Source of the DNA: Bacteroidaceae bacterium
GTDB taxonomy: Bacteria > Bacteroidota > Bacteroidia > Bacteroidales > Bacteroidaceae
DNA length: 43,687 nt
Direction of reading: 5' to 3'
NCBI GenBank assembly: GCA_017645845.1
Contig: JAGCNQ010000086.1
Coordinates: 1-43,687 of the forward strand
Positions 23,754-32,018 of the stretch are shown here, one piece after another. Positions within the stretch are counted from its first letter, which is position 1. Each line of letters begins with the position of its first letter. The translations under genes and the position numbers were made by a program. The notes beneath the pieces are model-generated. The model worked only from the letters and a program-made list of their open reading frames with translations, did no database searches and was not told the origin of the DNA.

Positions 23754-25635
23754 GACCGACTGGCTTCCAACAACGCGCAAAGAGATGGAACTGCGCGGCT
23801 GGGACTGTGCTGATGTGATTCTCTTCAGTGCGGATGCCTACGTTGACCATCCTGCTTTTGGCGCAGCAGTCATTGGACGACTGTTTGAGGCAGAAGAACT
23901 GCGTGTCTGCATTGTTCCCCAACCGGATTGGCACGGAGACTTTCGCGACTTCCGCAAACTGGGACGGCCCCGACTCTTCTTCGGCATCTCGCCTGGCTGC
24001 ATGGACTCGATGGTCAACAAATATACAGCAGCCCGACGGCTCAGGAGCGAGGATGCCTATAGCCCTGATGGGCGCCACGACCTCCGTCCCGAATATCCGA
24101 CTATAGTCTATACAAACATCCTTCGGAAACTCTATCCGGATGTGCCTATCGTGCTTGGCGGCATTGAGGCAAGTATGCGGCGAGTGATGCACTATGACTA
24201 TTGGCAGGAACGTTTTCGCCCCAGCATTCTCTGTGACTGCGATGCCGACCTTATCACCTACGGTATGGGGGAGAAGGTGAATCTGGAACTCGTCCGCCTC
24301 CTCATCGAAGCCATCAACGATTCCCATCCCTTGCTCCATTATGACGAGAATGGTGAGCCTTGTATTACCCGCCAACTGTTGCGTGAAGTGGCAGCCAGAG
24401 AACTCCAACAAACCGTATCCCTTTGGAAAAAGGAAGATATTCCTGGTGGCATTCAGGCTAACGATATTGTATTGCACAGTTATGAGGAGTGTCTCAGGCA
24501 ACCGCGACTTCATGCCGAGAACTTCCGGCATATTGAGGAAGAAAGCAATAAGATGCATGCCCAACGCCTTTTGCAGCAGACGGGCAATCGCTGGGTAGTG
24601 GTCAATCCGCCCTACCCTCCTCTATCCTCTGAAGAACTTGACCGTAGTTTCGACCTGCCCTATACTCGTTTGCCGCATCCCAAATATGAAGGCAAGCGTA
24701 TCCCTGCCTATGAGATGATTAAGTTCAGTGTGACGCTGCATCGCGGATGCTTTGGGGGCTGTGCCTTCTGCACTATCAGCGCCCATCAGGGCAAGTTCAT
24801 TGTGAGCCGCTCAAAAGAGAGCATCCTTCAGGAAGTGAAAGCCATCACACAGATGCCGGACTTCAAGGGCTACCTGAGCGACCTTGGCGGACCGAGTGCC
24901 AACATGTACAAGATGCGAGGCAAGCGGCATGAGCTGTGCGAGAAATGCAAGCGCCCTTCGTGCATCCATCCGGCCATCTGTCCCAACATGAATGGTGACC
25001 ACAGACCCTTGCTCGACATCTATAGGGCTGTTGACCGTCTGCCTGGCATCAAGAAAAGTTTCATTGGCAGCGGAGTTCGCTATGATATGCTTCTGCACGA
25101 CTGGAAGGACGAAACTCTCAATCGCGCTGCTACAGAATATACAAAGGAACTGATTACGAAGCATGTCAGCGGTCGTCTGAAAGTGGCTCCGGAACATACC
25201 AGCGATACTGTGCTGAACCTTATGCGCAAGCCCTCCTTTGGCCTCTTCCGACAGTTTAAGAGTATTTTTGACGATACCTGTCGCAGAGCCGGATTGAGGC
25301 AGCAAATCATTCCGTACTTCATCAGCAGCCATCCAGCCTGTACTGCACTCGATATGGCACAACTCGCTATTGCAACGAAACAGATGGACTTTCAGTTGGA
25401 ACAGGTTCAGGACTTCACACCTACGCCACTCACAATGGCAACTACATGCTGGGCAACAGGCTACAATCCCTATACGCTTGAGCCAGTCTTCTCGGCCAAG
25501 ACGCCGCAGGAGAAACAGCAACAACGCATGTTTTTCTTTTGGTATAAACCCGAAGAACGCCGCCAGATTGGCAAGTATCTGCGAAGTATCGGCCGTCCGG
25601 ATATCATAAAGAAGCTATTTCATAATTCCAAATAA
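23734..25635 (+). CDS. ygiQ: YgiQ-family (UPF0313) radical SAM protein
   Basis: 633 aa. The N-terminus WLPTTRKEMELRGWDCADVILFSADAYVDHPAFG and the CFGGCAFC radical-SAM cysteine cluster are characteristic of YgiQ. The only in-frame start upstream of the conserved LPTT block is the TTG at 23734. Confidence 0.85.
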   Translation: MTGKRNKTDWLPTTRKEMELRGWDCADVILFSADAYVDHPAFGAAVIGRLFEAEELRVCIVPQPDWHGDFRDFRKLGRPRLFFGISPGCMDSMVNKYTAARRLRSEDAYSPDGRHDLRPEYPTIVYTNILRKLYPDVPIVLGGIEASMRRVMHYDYWQERFRPSILCDCDADLITYGMGEKVNLELVRLLIEAINDSHPLLHYDENGEPCITRQLLREVAARELQQTVSLWKKEDIPGGIQANDIVLHSYEECLRQPRLHAENFRHIEEESNKMHAQRLLQQTGNRWVVVNPPYPPLSSEELDRSFDLPYTRLPHPKYEGKRIPAYEMIKFSVTLHRGCFGGCAFCTISAHQGKFIVSRSKESILQEVKAITQMPDFKGYLSDLGGPSANMYKMRGKRHELCEKCKRPSCIHPAICPNMNGDHRPLLDIYRAVDRLPGIKKSFIGSGVRYDMLLHDWKDETLNRAATEYTKELITKHVSGRLKVAPEHTSDTVLNLMRKPSFGLFRQFKSIFDDTCRRAGLRQQIIPYFISSHPACTALDMAQLAIATKQMDFQLEQVQDFTPTPLTMATTCWATGYNPYTLEPVFSAKTPQEKQQQRMFFFWYKPEERRQIGKYLRSIGRPDIIKKLFHNSK

Positions 25636-25640
25636 CTAAA

Positions 25641-25668
25641 ATTCTTCATTCTTAACTCTTAATTCATT
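25641..25668. repeat. tandem 7-mer word array (ATTCTTC ATTCTTA ACTCTTA ATTCATT)
   Basis: Read directly from the sequence, in the spacer between ygiQ and the 25681 gene. Confidence 0.65.
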
Positions 25669-25680
25669 ATATATATAGCA

Positions 25681-26127
25681 ATGCAAAGTGAATGGTTTGA
25701 ATGCAAGGTCCGTTATGACAAGACCTTGGAAAGCGGTCTCATCAAGAAGACTACAGAGAGTTATTTAGTTGACGCCCTCAGCTTTACCGAAGCCGAGAAG
25801 CGTTTCATCGAGGAGATTAAGCCCTTTATAACGGGTGAGTTCATCGTTACCGACATCAAACGGGCCCGTCTTTCAGACCTGCTTGACAGCGAAGACCTCA
25901 ACGATGACCGTTGGTTCAAAGCCCGCATCGCCTACATCACTATCGACGAAAAGAGTGCGGTTGAGAAGCGTACTATACAGTCAGCCCTCATTCAGGCAAA
26001 GGACTTCCACCGTGCACTCAGCAGACTCGATGAAGGCATGAAAGGAACGCTGGGCGACTGGGAAATCGTCTCAATTACTGAGACTACAATAGTTGACGTT
26101 TTCAATTTCAAGGCTAACGAGGATTAG
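25681..26127 (+). CDS. conserved Bacteroidota hypothetical protein (DUF4494-like, from memory)
   Basis: 148 aa. I recall the N-terminal WFECKVRYDKT...YLVDALSFTEAE pattern from DUF4494-type proteins, but this is unverified. Confidence 0.6.
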   Translation: MQSEWFECKVRYDKTLESGLIKKTTESYLVDALSFTEAEKRFIEEIKPFITGEFIVTDIKRARLSDLLDSEDLNDDRWFKARIAYITIDEKSAVEKRTIQSALIQAKDFHRALSRLDEGMKGTLGDWEIVSITETTIVDVFNFKANED

Positions 26128-26150
26128 GGACTAGAGATTAGGGATTAATT

Positions 26151-26822
26151 ATGAATATTGTATCAAGAATAAACAATATCAAACAGACCCTGCCCGCAGG
26201 AGTCCGGCTTGTTGCTGTCAGCAAATACCATCCTGCCTCACTCATTCAGGAAGCCTACGATGGTGGTCAGCGCATCTTCGGAGAGAGCCATGTCCAGGAG
26301 TTAGTCGCGAAGTACGAGGTGCTGCCCAAGGATATTGAATGGCACTTCATCGGCCATCTGCAAACGAACAAGGTCAAGTACATTGCTCCCTTCATCAGCC
26401 TTATTCATGCCGTCGATTCTGAACATTTGATTAAGGAGATTGACAAGCAGGCGAAGCGTTGCCAGCGCACTATTCCCATTCTCTTGGAAGTGCATGTTGC
26501 CAAGGAAGAGACGAAGTACGGCTTCACCCCAGACGAATTGCTTGCCTTTATGGAGAGCGGCACCTGGCAACAATATACAAACGTCAGCATTGCCGGCCTG
26601 ATGTGTATGGCGACGAACACAGACGACGAAACACTCATTGCCTCCGAGTTCGAAAGGGCTTATCAGTTGTTCAAGCAAATCAAGGAGAAGTTCTCTCCTG
26701 TTACGGGGGAGCCAGATGGGATTTGTTCTTGGGGCATGAGCAACGACTACCTTATTGCTGTTGCTCACGGCAGCAATATGGTTCGAATCGGCAGCCTGAT
26801 ATTCGGTGAAAGAGTATATTAG
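26151..26822 (+). CDS. yggS: YggS-family pyridoxal-phosphate homeostasis protein
   Basis: 223 aa. LVAVSKYHP contains the PLP lysine context. HFIGHLQTNKVKY and MSNDYLIAVAHGSNMVRIGSLIFG are canonical YggS/PROSC blocks. Confidence 0.85.
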   Translation: MNIVSRINNIKQTLPAGVRLVAVSKYHPASLIQEAYDGGQRIFGESHVQELVAKYEVLPKDIEWHFIGHLQTNKVKYIAPFISLIHAVDSEHLIKEIDKQAKRCQRTIPILLEVHVAKEETKYGFTPDELLAFMESGTWQQYTNVSIAGLMCMATNTDDETLIASEFERAYQLFKQIKEKFSPVTGEPDGICSWGMSNDYLIAVAHGSNMVRIGSLIFGERVY

Positions 26823-26833
26823 CGTATATTAAT

Positions 26834-26866
26834 AAAAAACCTCTCCCGAATGGAAGAGGTTTTTTA
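26834..26866. terminator. bidirectional intrinsic terminator between convergent yggS and the acyl-CoA ligase gene
   Basis: AAAAAACCTCT-cccgaatgga-AGAGGTTTTTT is a stem flanked by an A-run and a T-run, located between the stops at 26822 and 26876. Confidence 0.65.
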
Positions 26867-26875
26867 TTAATATGT

Positions 26876-28549
26876 TTATAGCTCCAGATTCTGATAGAGG
26901 AATCGTTTGATACTCTTTTTAGGCGTCTTCTCGAACTCATTCTCCATCACCTTGATGCTGGATAGCTGGGCATAGGCGGGAAGGTTCGGATTGATTTCCT
27001 TGCGGTTCTGCTCCATGATGCTCTCGACGTCTGCTGCTGAGAGCCGTAACTTCTTCATTTGTTCCTGATCGGGATATACAAGGCCAACGAGCTTGTCACC
27101 CTTTTGAACCACCAGACATTCGTTGACAAGCATCATATTGCTGAGTTTGTCCTCAATTTCCTCTGGATAGATATTTTGTCCGTTAGCACCGAGCAGCATA
27201 TTCTTGCTGCGACCCTTAATGTAGAGGTTACCATTCTTGATTATGCCGAGGTCACCTGTATGATACCAGCCTTCCTTATCGATGGCTTCTTTTGTGGCCT
27301 CCTCATTCTTGTAGTAGCCAAGCATCACGTTCAAACCTCTCGTCAGTATCTCGCCAGCAATATTCTCTGGATCTGGGCTGTCGATGCGCAGTTCCTGATG
27401 GATGACACACTTACCGCAACTGCCTACTTCCTGATCCTTCCAATCATTGTAGGCAATGATGGGAGCGCACTCCGTGGCACCATAGCCAACAGTATAGCGG
27501 AAACCAATATCGTGAAGCAACTGCTCTATCTCCTGATTGAGAGCGGCGCCACCAATGATGACCTCATAGAAATTGCCGCCCAGAGCCTCTGTCAGTCCGT
27601 CGCATATTCTCTTGCGGATGCGGTCGCCAATAATCGGAACATTCATCAGCATCCTCACCTTCGAGTCTTGAATCCTGGGTAGAACAGCCTTGCGCACTAC
27701 CTTCTCGATGATGAGAGGAACCACGACAAGAACAACAGGCTTCACTTCAGCCAAAGCCTTCATCAGGATTGTGGGAGAAGCCATCTTTGTGAGGAAATTG
27801 ACGTGTGCACCCACCATGAACTCATAGGTGAACTCGAAAGCCATACCATACGTATGAGCCATCGGTAACATACTGAGCACCTCGTCGCCCGTCTTGACTG
27901 CATGCCCCATCACATGATGGGCAAAGTCGTAGTTGCTCCAGAGTGCGCGATATGGAATCATCACACCCTTCGAGTTGCTGGTAGTTCCACTAGTATAATT
28001 CAGTACAGCGAGTTCATCGGGCTGGTCCTCATAGTATTTGAGATACTTCGGCAGGAAACGGCTGGGGAACTTTTCACCAAAGAGGCGGTTCAGATTTTCA
28101 CGTGCATAACCAAGCTTCTCATTACGGCACACCAACAGACTATAGTCGGTCAGCGATATGATACCCTGCAAGTCGGGCATTTCGTCTGAATTAAGTGCCG
28201 GCCAAACCTTGTCGCCCACAAAAAGGAGCTTCGAATCAGAGTGGTTTACGATATCGTGTACCTGTGAGGGGTGGAACTCATGCAGGATAGGCACAGCCAC
28301 AGCACCGTAGGTCAAGATGCTCATGAAGGCAGAACCCCATCGACTCAAATTACGTCCGCAGAGCGCTATCTTGTCACCTGGTTTGATGCCAGCATTTTCA
28401 AACAGGATATGCATCTTCTCGATGATTCGAGCCACATCCTTATATTGTAAGGTAAAGTCTCCATAGTCCGACATCGAATTCATGAACCAATGATCCTGAA
28501 TGCTCTGCCGAATCAGCTGGTTATACGAAGGTACTTCCGTTGGTTTCAT
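26876..28549 (-). CDS. long-chain-fatty-acid--CoA ligase (AMP-binding enzyme family)
   Basis: The YTSGTTSNSKGV AMP-binding motif and the GYGATE and GWYHTGDLG blocks are present. The start was set at the ATG at 28549 (MKPTEVPSYNQL) because the -7 box at 28574-28581 lies inside the longer ORF. Confidence 0.85.
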   Translation of the reverse strand: MKPTEVPSYNQLIRQSIQDHWFMNSMSDYGDFTLQYKDVARIIEKMHILFENAGIKPGDKIALCGRNLSRWGSAFMSILTYGAVAVPILHEFHPSQVHDIVNHSDSKLLFVGDKVWPALNSDEMPDLQGIISLTDYSLLVCRNEKLGYARENLNRLFGEKFPSRFLPKYLKYYEDQPDELAVLNYTSGTTSNSKGVMIPYRALWSNYDFAHHVMGHAVKTGDEVLSMLPMAHTYGMAFEFTYEFMVGAHVNFLTKMASPTILMKALAEVKPVVLVVVPLIIEKVVRKAVLPRIQDSKVRMLMNVPIIGDRIRKRICDGLTEALGGNFYEVIIGGAALNQEIEQLLHDIGFRYTVGYGATECAPIIAYNDWKDQEVGSCGKCVIHQELRIDSPDPENIAGEILTRGLNVMLGYYKNEEATKEAIDKEGWYHTGDLGIIKNGNLYIKGRSKNMLLGANGQNIYPEEIEDKLSNMMLVNECLVVQKGDKLVGLVYPDQEQMKKLRLSAADVESIMEQNRKEINPNLPAYAQLSSIKVMENEFEKTPKKSIKRFLYQNLEL

Positions 28550-28573
28550 TTGCACATTTTTACAAATTTTGTG

Positions 28574-28581
28574 CAAAGGTA
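28574..28581 (-). promoter_or_regulatory. -7 promoter box (TACCTTTG on minus strand) for the acyl-CoA ligase gene
   Basis: caaaggta within ttttgtgcaaaggtacgataaat, 25 nt upstream of the ATG at 28549. Confidence 0.55.
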
Positions 28582-28854
28582 CGATAAATATGGTATATTC
28601 CAAACAATTACGGTATAAATTTTCAAAAAAGGGAGATATTCATAAAAAATAGCGTGGATTTTTGCAGAAAAAATTATGCAAAAACACGGATTTGAGGTTT
28701 ATTTATCGTAATCAACACGAGTAAAGGCTATTTACTTACATTTCGAAAGAAATATCCCTAGTTTTTCATCAGCTCTTCCTTTTTTTGAGGACTACGAATC
28801 ATTACATCAATTACGTCAGCATAAAGCCTTCCATTGAAATAAATGGGCTTAAAT

Positions 28855-28890
28855 ATAATGAAGGAGAGCGGCCCCACTCTCCTTCATTAT
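28855..28890 (-). terminator. 14-bp stem-loop downstream of the MlaD/amidase operon
   Basis: ATAATGAAGGAGAG-cggcccca-CTCTCCTTCATTAT, 42 nt after the stop at 28932. The flank is A/T-rich. Confidence 0.45.
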
Positions 28891-28931
28891 GTTCTATTCT
28901 GCCCCCCAATATAGGATCTTAGGTTGTAAAA

Positions 28932-29822
28932 TTACTTTTTCCCTTCCTTCTTTCCAAAAACGGAGAAGTGTACGTAACGTTTGGGATGAGTCTTTAGGTC
29001 GGTAACGAGGCTGTCAGCACTCTGAACCGTGTGGTTGAGATTGTTGTAAAGCTCAGGGTCGGCCATCATCTTTCCGAGTGTGCCATCGGGACTCTGTATC
29101 TGTACCATCATTTCATGAACGCTACTGATAGTCTGATTGACATTGTCGAGCGTTGCCTGCAGGTCGAGTTGATTCATTTTTCCCGTCAGTTGTTCAACAT
29201 TCTCGCCAACTTTCGTGAAAGTGCCCGTCATCTGCGGTATATTGGTGCGGAGCAAAGTGTTCAACTGCTCGCTACTTCTGTTAAGGTTTTCAGTGACAAG
29301 TTCAGCATTCTGCAAAATCAGCGGCAGATTGGGGTTGGAGAATAAGGTATTGAGCGTTGCGACAAGTGTATCAACCTTTGCAACGACCTCTTCCAACTGC
29401 GGCACCATACCGCCCACCTGTGCCATCAAGCCATTCACATCGTTTCCCTTGATGGTATCGCCTGGATGATAGGCCTCTCTAAAGTTTGTTGCAAGCAACA
29501 TATTGAGGGTACAACCACCCAGTAAAGCTTCATCAAGTTGTGCTGAACTACCTTTGGGAATACGGAGGCCTTTTTCAGTATTGATTTCGACTATAACTTC
29601 TCCTGGATGGTTATAGTCATACTGGATATCACTTACGATACCCACCTTATAGCCATCAGCATAAACAGCACTACTCTTCGTCAACCCTTTTGTATTTGCA
29701 AAAGAGATGTAATACTTCTCGCTGGAACTAAAAAGATTAATACCTTTCAGGAAGTTAATACCGAGGTAAAGTGCCACAAGGGCAATGACTCCCGTGAGTC
29801 CTATCTTGACTTCTGTTTTCAC
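28932..29822 (-). CDS. MlaD/MCE-family protein (lipid-transport ABC system substrate-binding component)
   Basis: 296 aa. It has an N-terminal TM anchor (KIGLTGVIALVALYLGINFL), an MCE-like beta core (GLTKSSAVYADGYKVGIVSDI) and a long helical C-terminus. Confidence 0.7.
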   Translation of the reverse strand: MKTEVKIGLTGVIALVALYLGINFLKGINLFSSSEKYYISFANTKGLTKSSAVYADGYKVGIVSDIQYDYNHPGEVIVEINTEKGLRIPKGSSAQLDEALLGGCTLNMLLATNFREAYHPGDTIKGNDVNGLMAQVGGMVPQLEEVVAKVDTLVATLNTLFSNPNLPLILQNAELVTENLNRSSEQLNTLLRTNIPQMTGTFTKVGENVEQLTGKMNQLDLQATLDNVNQTISSVHEMMVQIQSPDGTLGKMMADPELYNNLNHTVQSADSLVTDLKTHPKRYVHFSVFGKKEGKK

Positions 29823-29852
29823 CTTAGTAATTACTATTATACGATTTACTAT

Positions 29853-30593
29853 TTATTTCTTATAGGCGACGAATGCGTTGTAAATACTCTTGGCGAGAGC
29901 GTTCACCCCTGAAGTAGAGGTAAGATAGGTCGCTTCACTTGGATTGTTTATATAGCCGAGTTCAATGAGAACGCTGGGCATACTTGTAGCACGCAGTACG
30001 AGGAAACCAGCCTGATGCACTCCCTTATCCACACGACCTGCATAGTTGCGGAACTGCTTCTGGATGAGGCTAGCAAGTTTGACACTGCTCTCCATGTTCT
30101 TGTCCTGCATGAGTTCGAAGATGATGTAACTCTCGCTAGAGTTCGGGTCGAAACCCTCATACTTCTGCTCATAATCGTTTTCGAGGGTGATGACGGAGTT
30201 CTCGCGTTTGGCGACAGCAAGGTTATCCGCTGCACGGTGCATACCGAGAGTATAGGTCTCTGTACCGCTAGGTCCCACCTTAGCTGCCGTAGCGTTCGTA
30301 TGGATACTGATGAAAAGGTCGGCCTTAGCGCGATTAGCGATATTTGCACGCTCGTCTAACTCCACGAAGACATCCGTTTTGCGCGTATAGATCACTTTGA
30401 CATCGGGACAATTCTGCTCCACAAGTTTACCGAAAGCAAGAGCGACAGCCAGATTGATGTTCTTCTCCTTTGCTGTCCGGGACATTGCACCTGGGTCTTT
30501 TCCTCCGTGTCCAGCATCAATAACTAACGTATAAGGCAAGGCCAAAATGCAGCATGAAAAAAGCAAAATGGTGGCAATATATCGTTTTATCAT
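29853..30593 (-). CDS. N-acetylmuramoyl-L-alanine amidase (Amidase_3)
   Basis: 246 aa. VIDAGHGGKDPGA, DLFISIHTNA and VLIELGYINN are the canonical amidase_3 zinc-site blocks. Confidence 0.85.
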   Translation of the reverse strand: MIKRYIATILLFSCCILALPYTLVIDAGHGGKDPGAMSRTAKEKNINLAVALAFGKLVEQNCPDVKVIYTRKTDVFVELDERANIANRAKADLFISIHTNATAAKVGPSGTETYTLGMHRAADNLAVAKRENSVITLENDYEQKYEGFDPNSSESYIIFELMQDKNMESSVKLASLIQKQFRNYAGRVDKGVHQAGFLVLRATSMPSVLIELGYINNPSEATYLTSTSGVNALAKSIYNAFVAYKK

Positions 30594-30618
30594 GTAGTAA
30601 AATACTCAGTTTCGCGTG

Positions 30619-30626
30619 CAAAGGTA
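30619..30626 (-). promoter_or_regulatory. -7 promoter box (TACCTTTG on minus strand) for the amidase-MlaD operon
   Basis: caaaggta in tttcgcgtgcaaaggtacgaataag, 26 nt upstream of the ATG at 30593. Confidence 0.55.
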
Positions 30627-30721
30627 CGAATAAGCGAGCACAATACAAAAGAAGAATCAAAGTTTTTTCTTTTTATTGTCGAGCGGAAGTACTTTAGACG
30701 CATGTCAAAGGTACTATATAT

Positions 30722-30761
30722 AATTCAAAATTCAAAATTAATAAATTCAAAATTATGAAAA
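30722..30761. repeat. tandem 8-mer word array (AATTCAAA ATTCAAAA TTAATAAA TTCAAAAT TATGAAAA), followed by a C/T-rich word run to about 30845
   Basis: Read directly from the sequence, in the divergent intergenic region between the amidase gene and asnA. Confidence 0.6.
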
Positions 30762-30919
30762 TGGAATGGGATTTAACTTCCCATTAACTTCCTTTCCATT
30801 CCCTTAAACCCTTAAACTCTTACGCCTTTAAACTTCTCACCTTATACACAATAAGGGCAAAATTCCGATAATTTGTAACTTTTTTACCCATTTTGCTTGA
30901 CAAATTGAAATAAAAGCCC

Positions 30920-30927
30920 TAACTTTG
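30920..30927 (+). promoter_or_regulatory. -7 promoter box (TAACTTTG) for asnA
   Basis: Exact TAnnTTTG match 53 nt upstream of the ATG at 30981. A TTTG at 30892-30895 is a possible -33 element, though the spacer is somewhat long. Confidence 0.55.
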
Positions 30928-30980
30928 CAACCTCAAAGTCGCGAAAAACAAAAAAGCAATACCGAAAAACAAAATAAAAC

Positions 30981-32018
30981 ATGAGTAAACTCTTGAAGCC
31001 TGCTGACTACAAGGCTTTGCTGAACTTGAATCAGACAGAGCAGGCAATTAAGAATATCAAGGACTTCTTTTTAGGCAGCCTCAGTACAGAACTGAGGTTG
31101 CGCCGTGTCACAGCCCCTCTTTTCGTGCTTCGCGGATTGGGCATTAACGACGACCTCAACGGTGTGGAGCGTCCTGTCAGCTTCCCCATCAAGGATATGA
31201 ACGATGCTGTGGCCGAGGTAGTACACTCTCTTGCAAAATGGAAGCGTGTCACGCTTGCTGAATACAAGACGCAGCCAGGCTTCGGTATTGTGACCGATAT
31301 GAACGCCATCCGAGCTGATGAGGAGTTGGACAACATCCACAGCCTCTATGTCGATCAATGGGACTGGGAACGTGTGCTCCTGGCCGAGAACCGCAACGAA
31401 GCCTATTTGCGCCGCATCGTCAGCAAGATTTACAGCGCCATCCTGCGCACAGAGTTTTACATCTGCGAGACTTATTCCCAACTCAAACCCTTCCTGCCTG
31501 AAGATATCCATTTTATCCACAGCGAGGAACTGTTGCAGATGTACCCCGACAAGACGGCAAAGGAGCGCGAACACCTCATCTGCCAGAAATACGGAGCCGT
31601 ATTTATAATAGGTATAGGTGGTAAACTCAGCAATGGGAAAGTGCATGATATGCGCGCTCCCGACTATGATGACTGGAGCACCCCGAACGAAAGCGGTTTC
31701 TATGGACTCAACGGTGACCTGCTCGTCTGGTATCCTCTGCTCAATCGCAGCATCGAACTGAGTTCTATGGGTATCCGTGTGGATAAGGAAGCACTTCTCC
31801 GACAGCTTGCTCTTCAGGGTAAGGAAGAACGCAAAGAACTATACTTCCACCAGCGTCTTCTTGGAGACACACTACCTCTGACCATCGGTGGAGGTATCGG
31901 ACAAAGCCGTCTTTGTATGGTGCTCCTGCACAAAGCACATATTGGTGAAACACAGGCCAGTATCTGGCCAAACGAGATGCGAAAAGAATGCAGAGAAGCA
32001 GGAATGCCGTTGATTTAG
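30981..32018 (+). CDS. asnA: aspartate--ammonia ligase (asparagine synthetase A)
   Basis: 345 aa. The blocks TEQAIKNIKDFF, VTAPLFV, DEELDNIHSLYVDQWDWE, GGGIGQSRLCMVLL and ASIWP are typical of AsnA. Confidence 0.9.
   Translation: MSKLLKPADYKALLNLNQTEQAIKNIKDFFLGSLSTELRLRRVTAPLFVLRGLGINDDLNGVERPVSFPIKDMNDAVAEVVHSLAKWKRVTLAEYKTQPGFGIVTDMNAIRADEELDNIHSLYVDQWDWERVLLAENRNEAYLRRIVSKIYSAILRTEFYICETYSQLKPFLPEDIHFIHSEELLQMYPDKTAKEREHLICQKYGAVFIIGIGGKLSNGKVHDMRAPDYDDWSTPNESGFYGLNGDLLVWYPLLNRSIELSSMGIRVDKEALLRQLALQGKEERKELYFHQRLLGDTLPLTIGGGIGQSRLCMVLLHKAHIGETQASIWPNEMRKECREAGMPLI

Noticed and set aside
23445-23780. 111-aa minus-strand ORF between the 979-aa gene and ygiQ.
   Set aside because: The plus-strand frame over the same DNA has the C/G third-position bias seen in neighbouring genes and a more protein-like sequence. 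The minus-strand product is shadow-like. Confidence in the plus-strand call is still only moderate.
23719-25524. Minus-strand ORFs of 281 aa and 237 aa.
   Set aside because: They are antisense to ygiQ, whose radical-SAM and N-terminal motifs are unambiguous.
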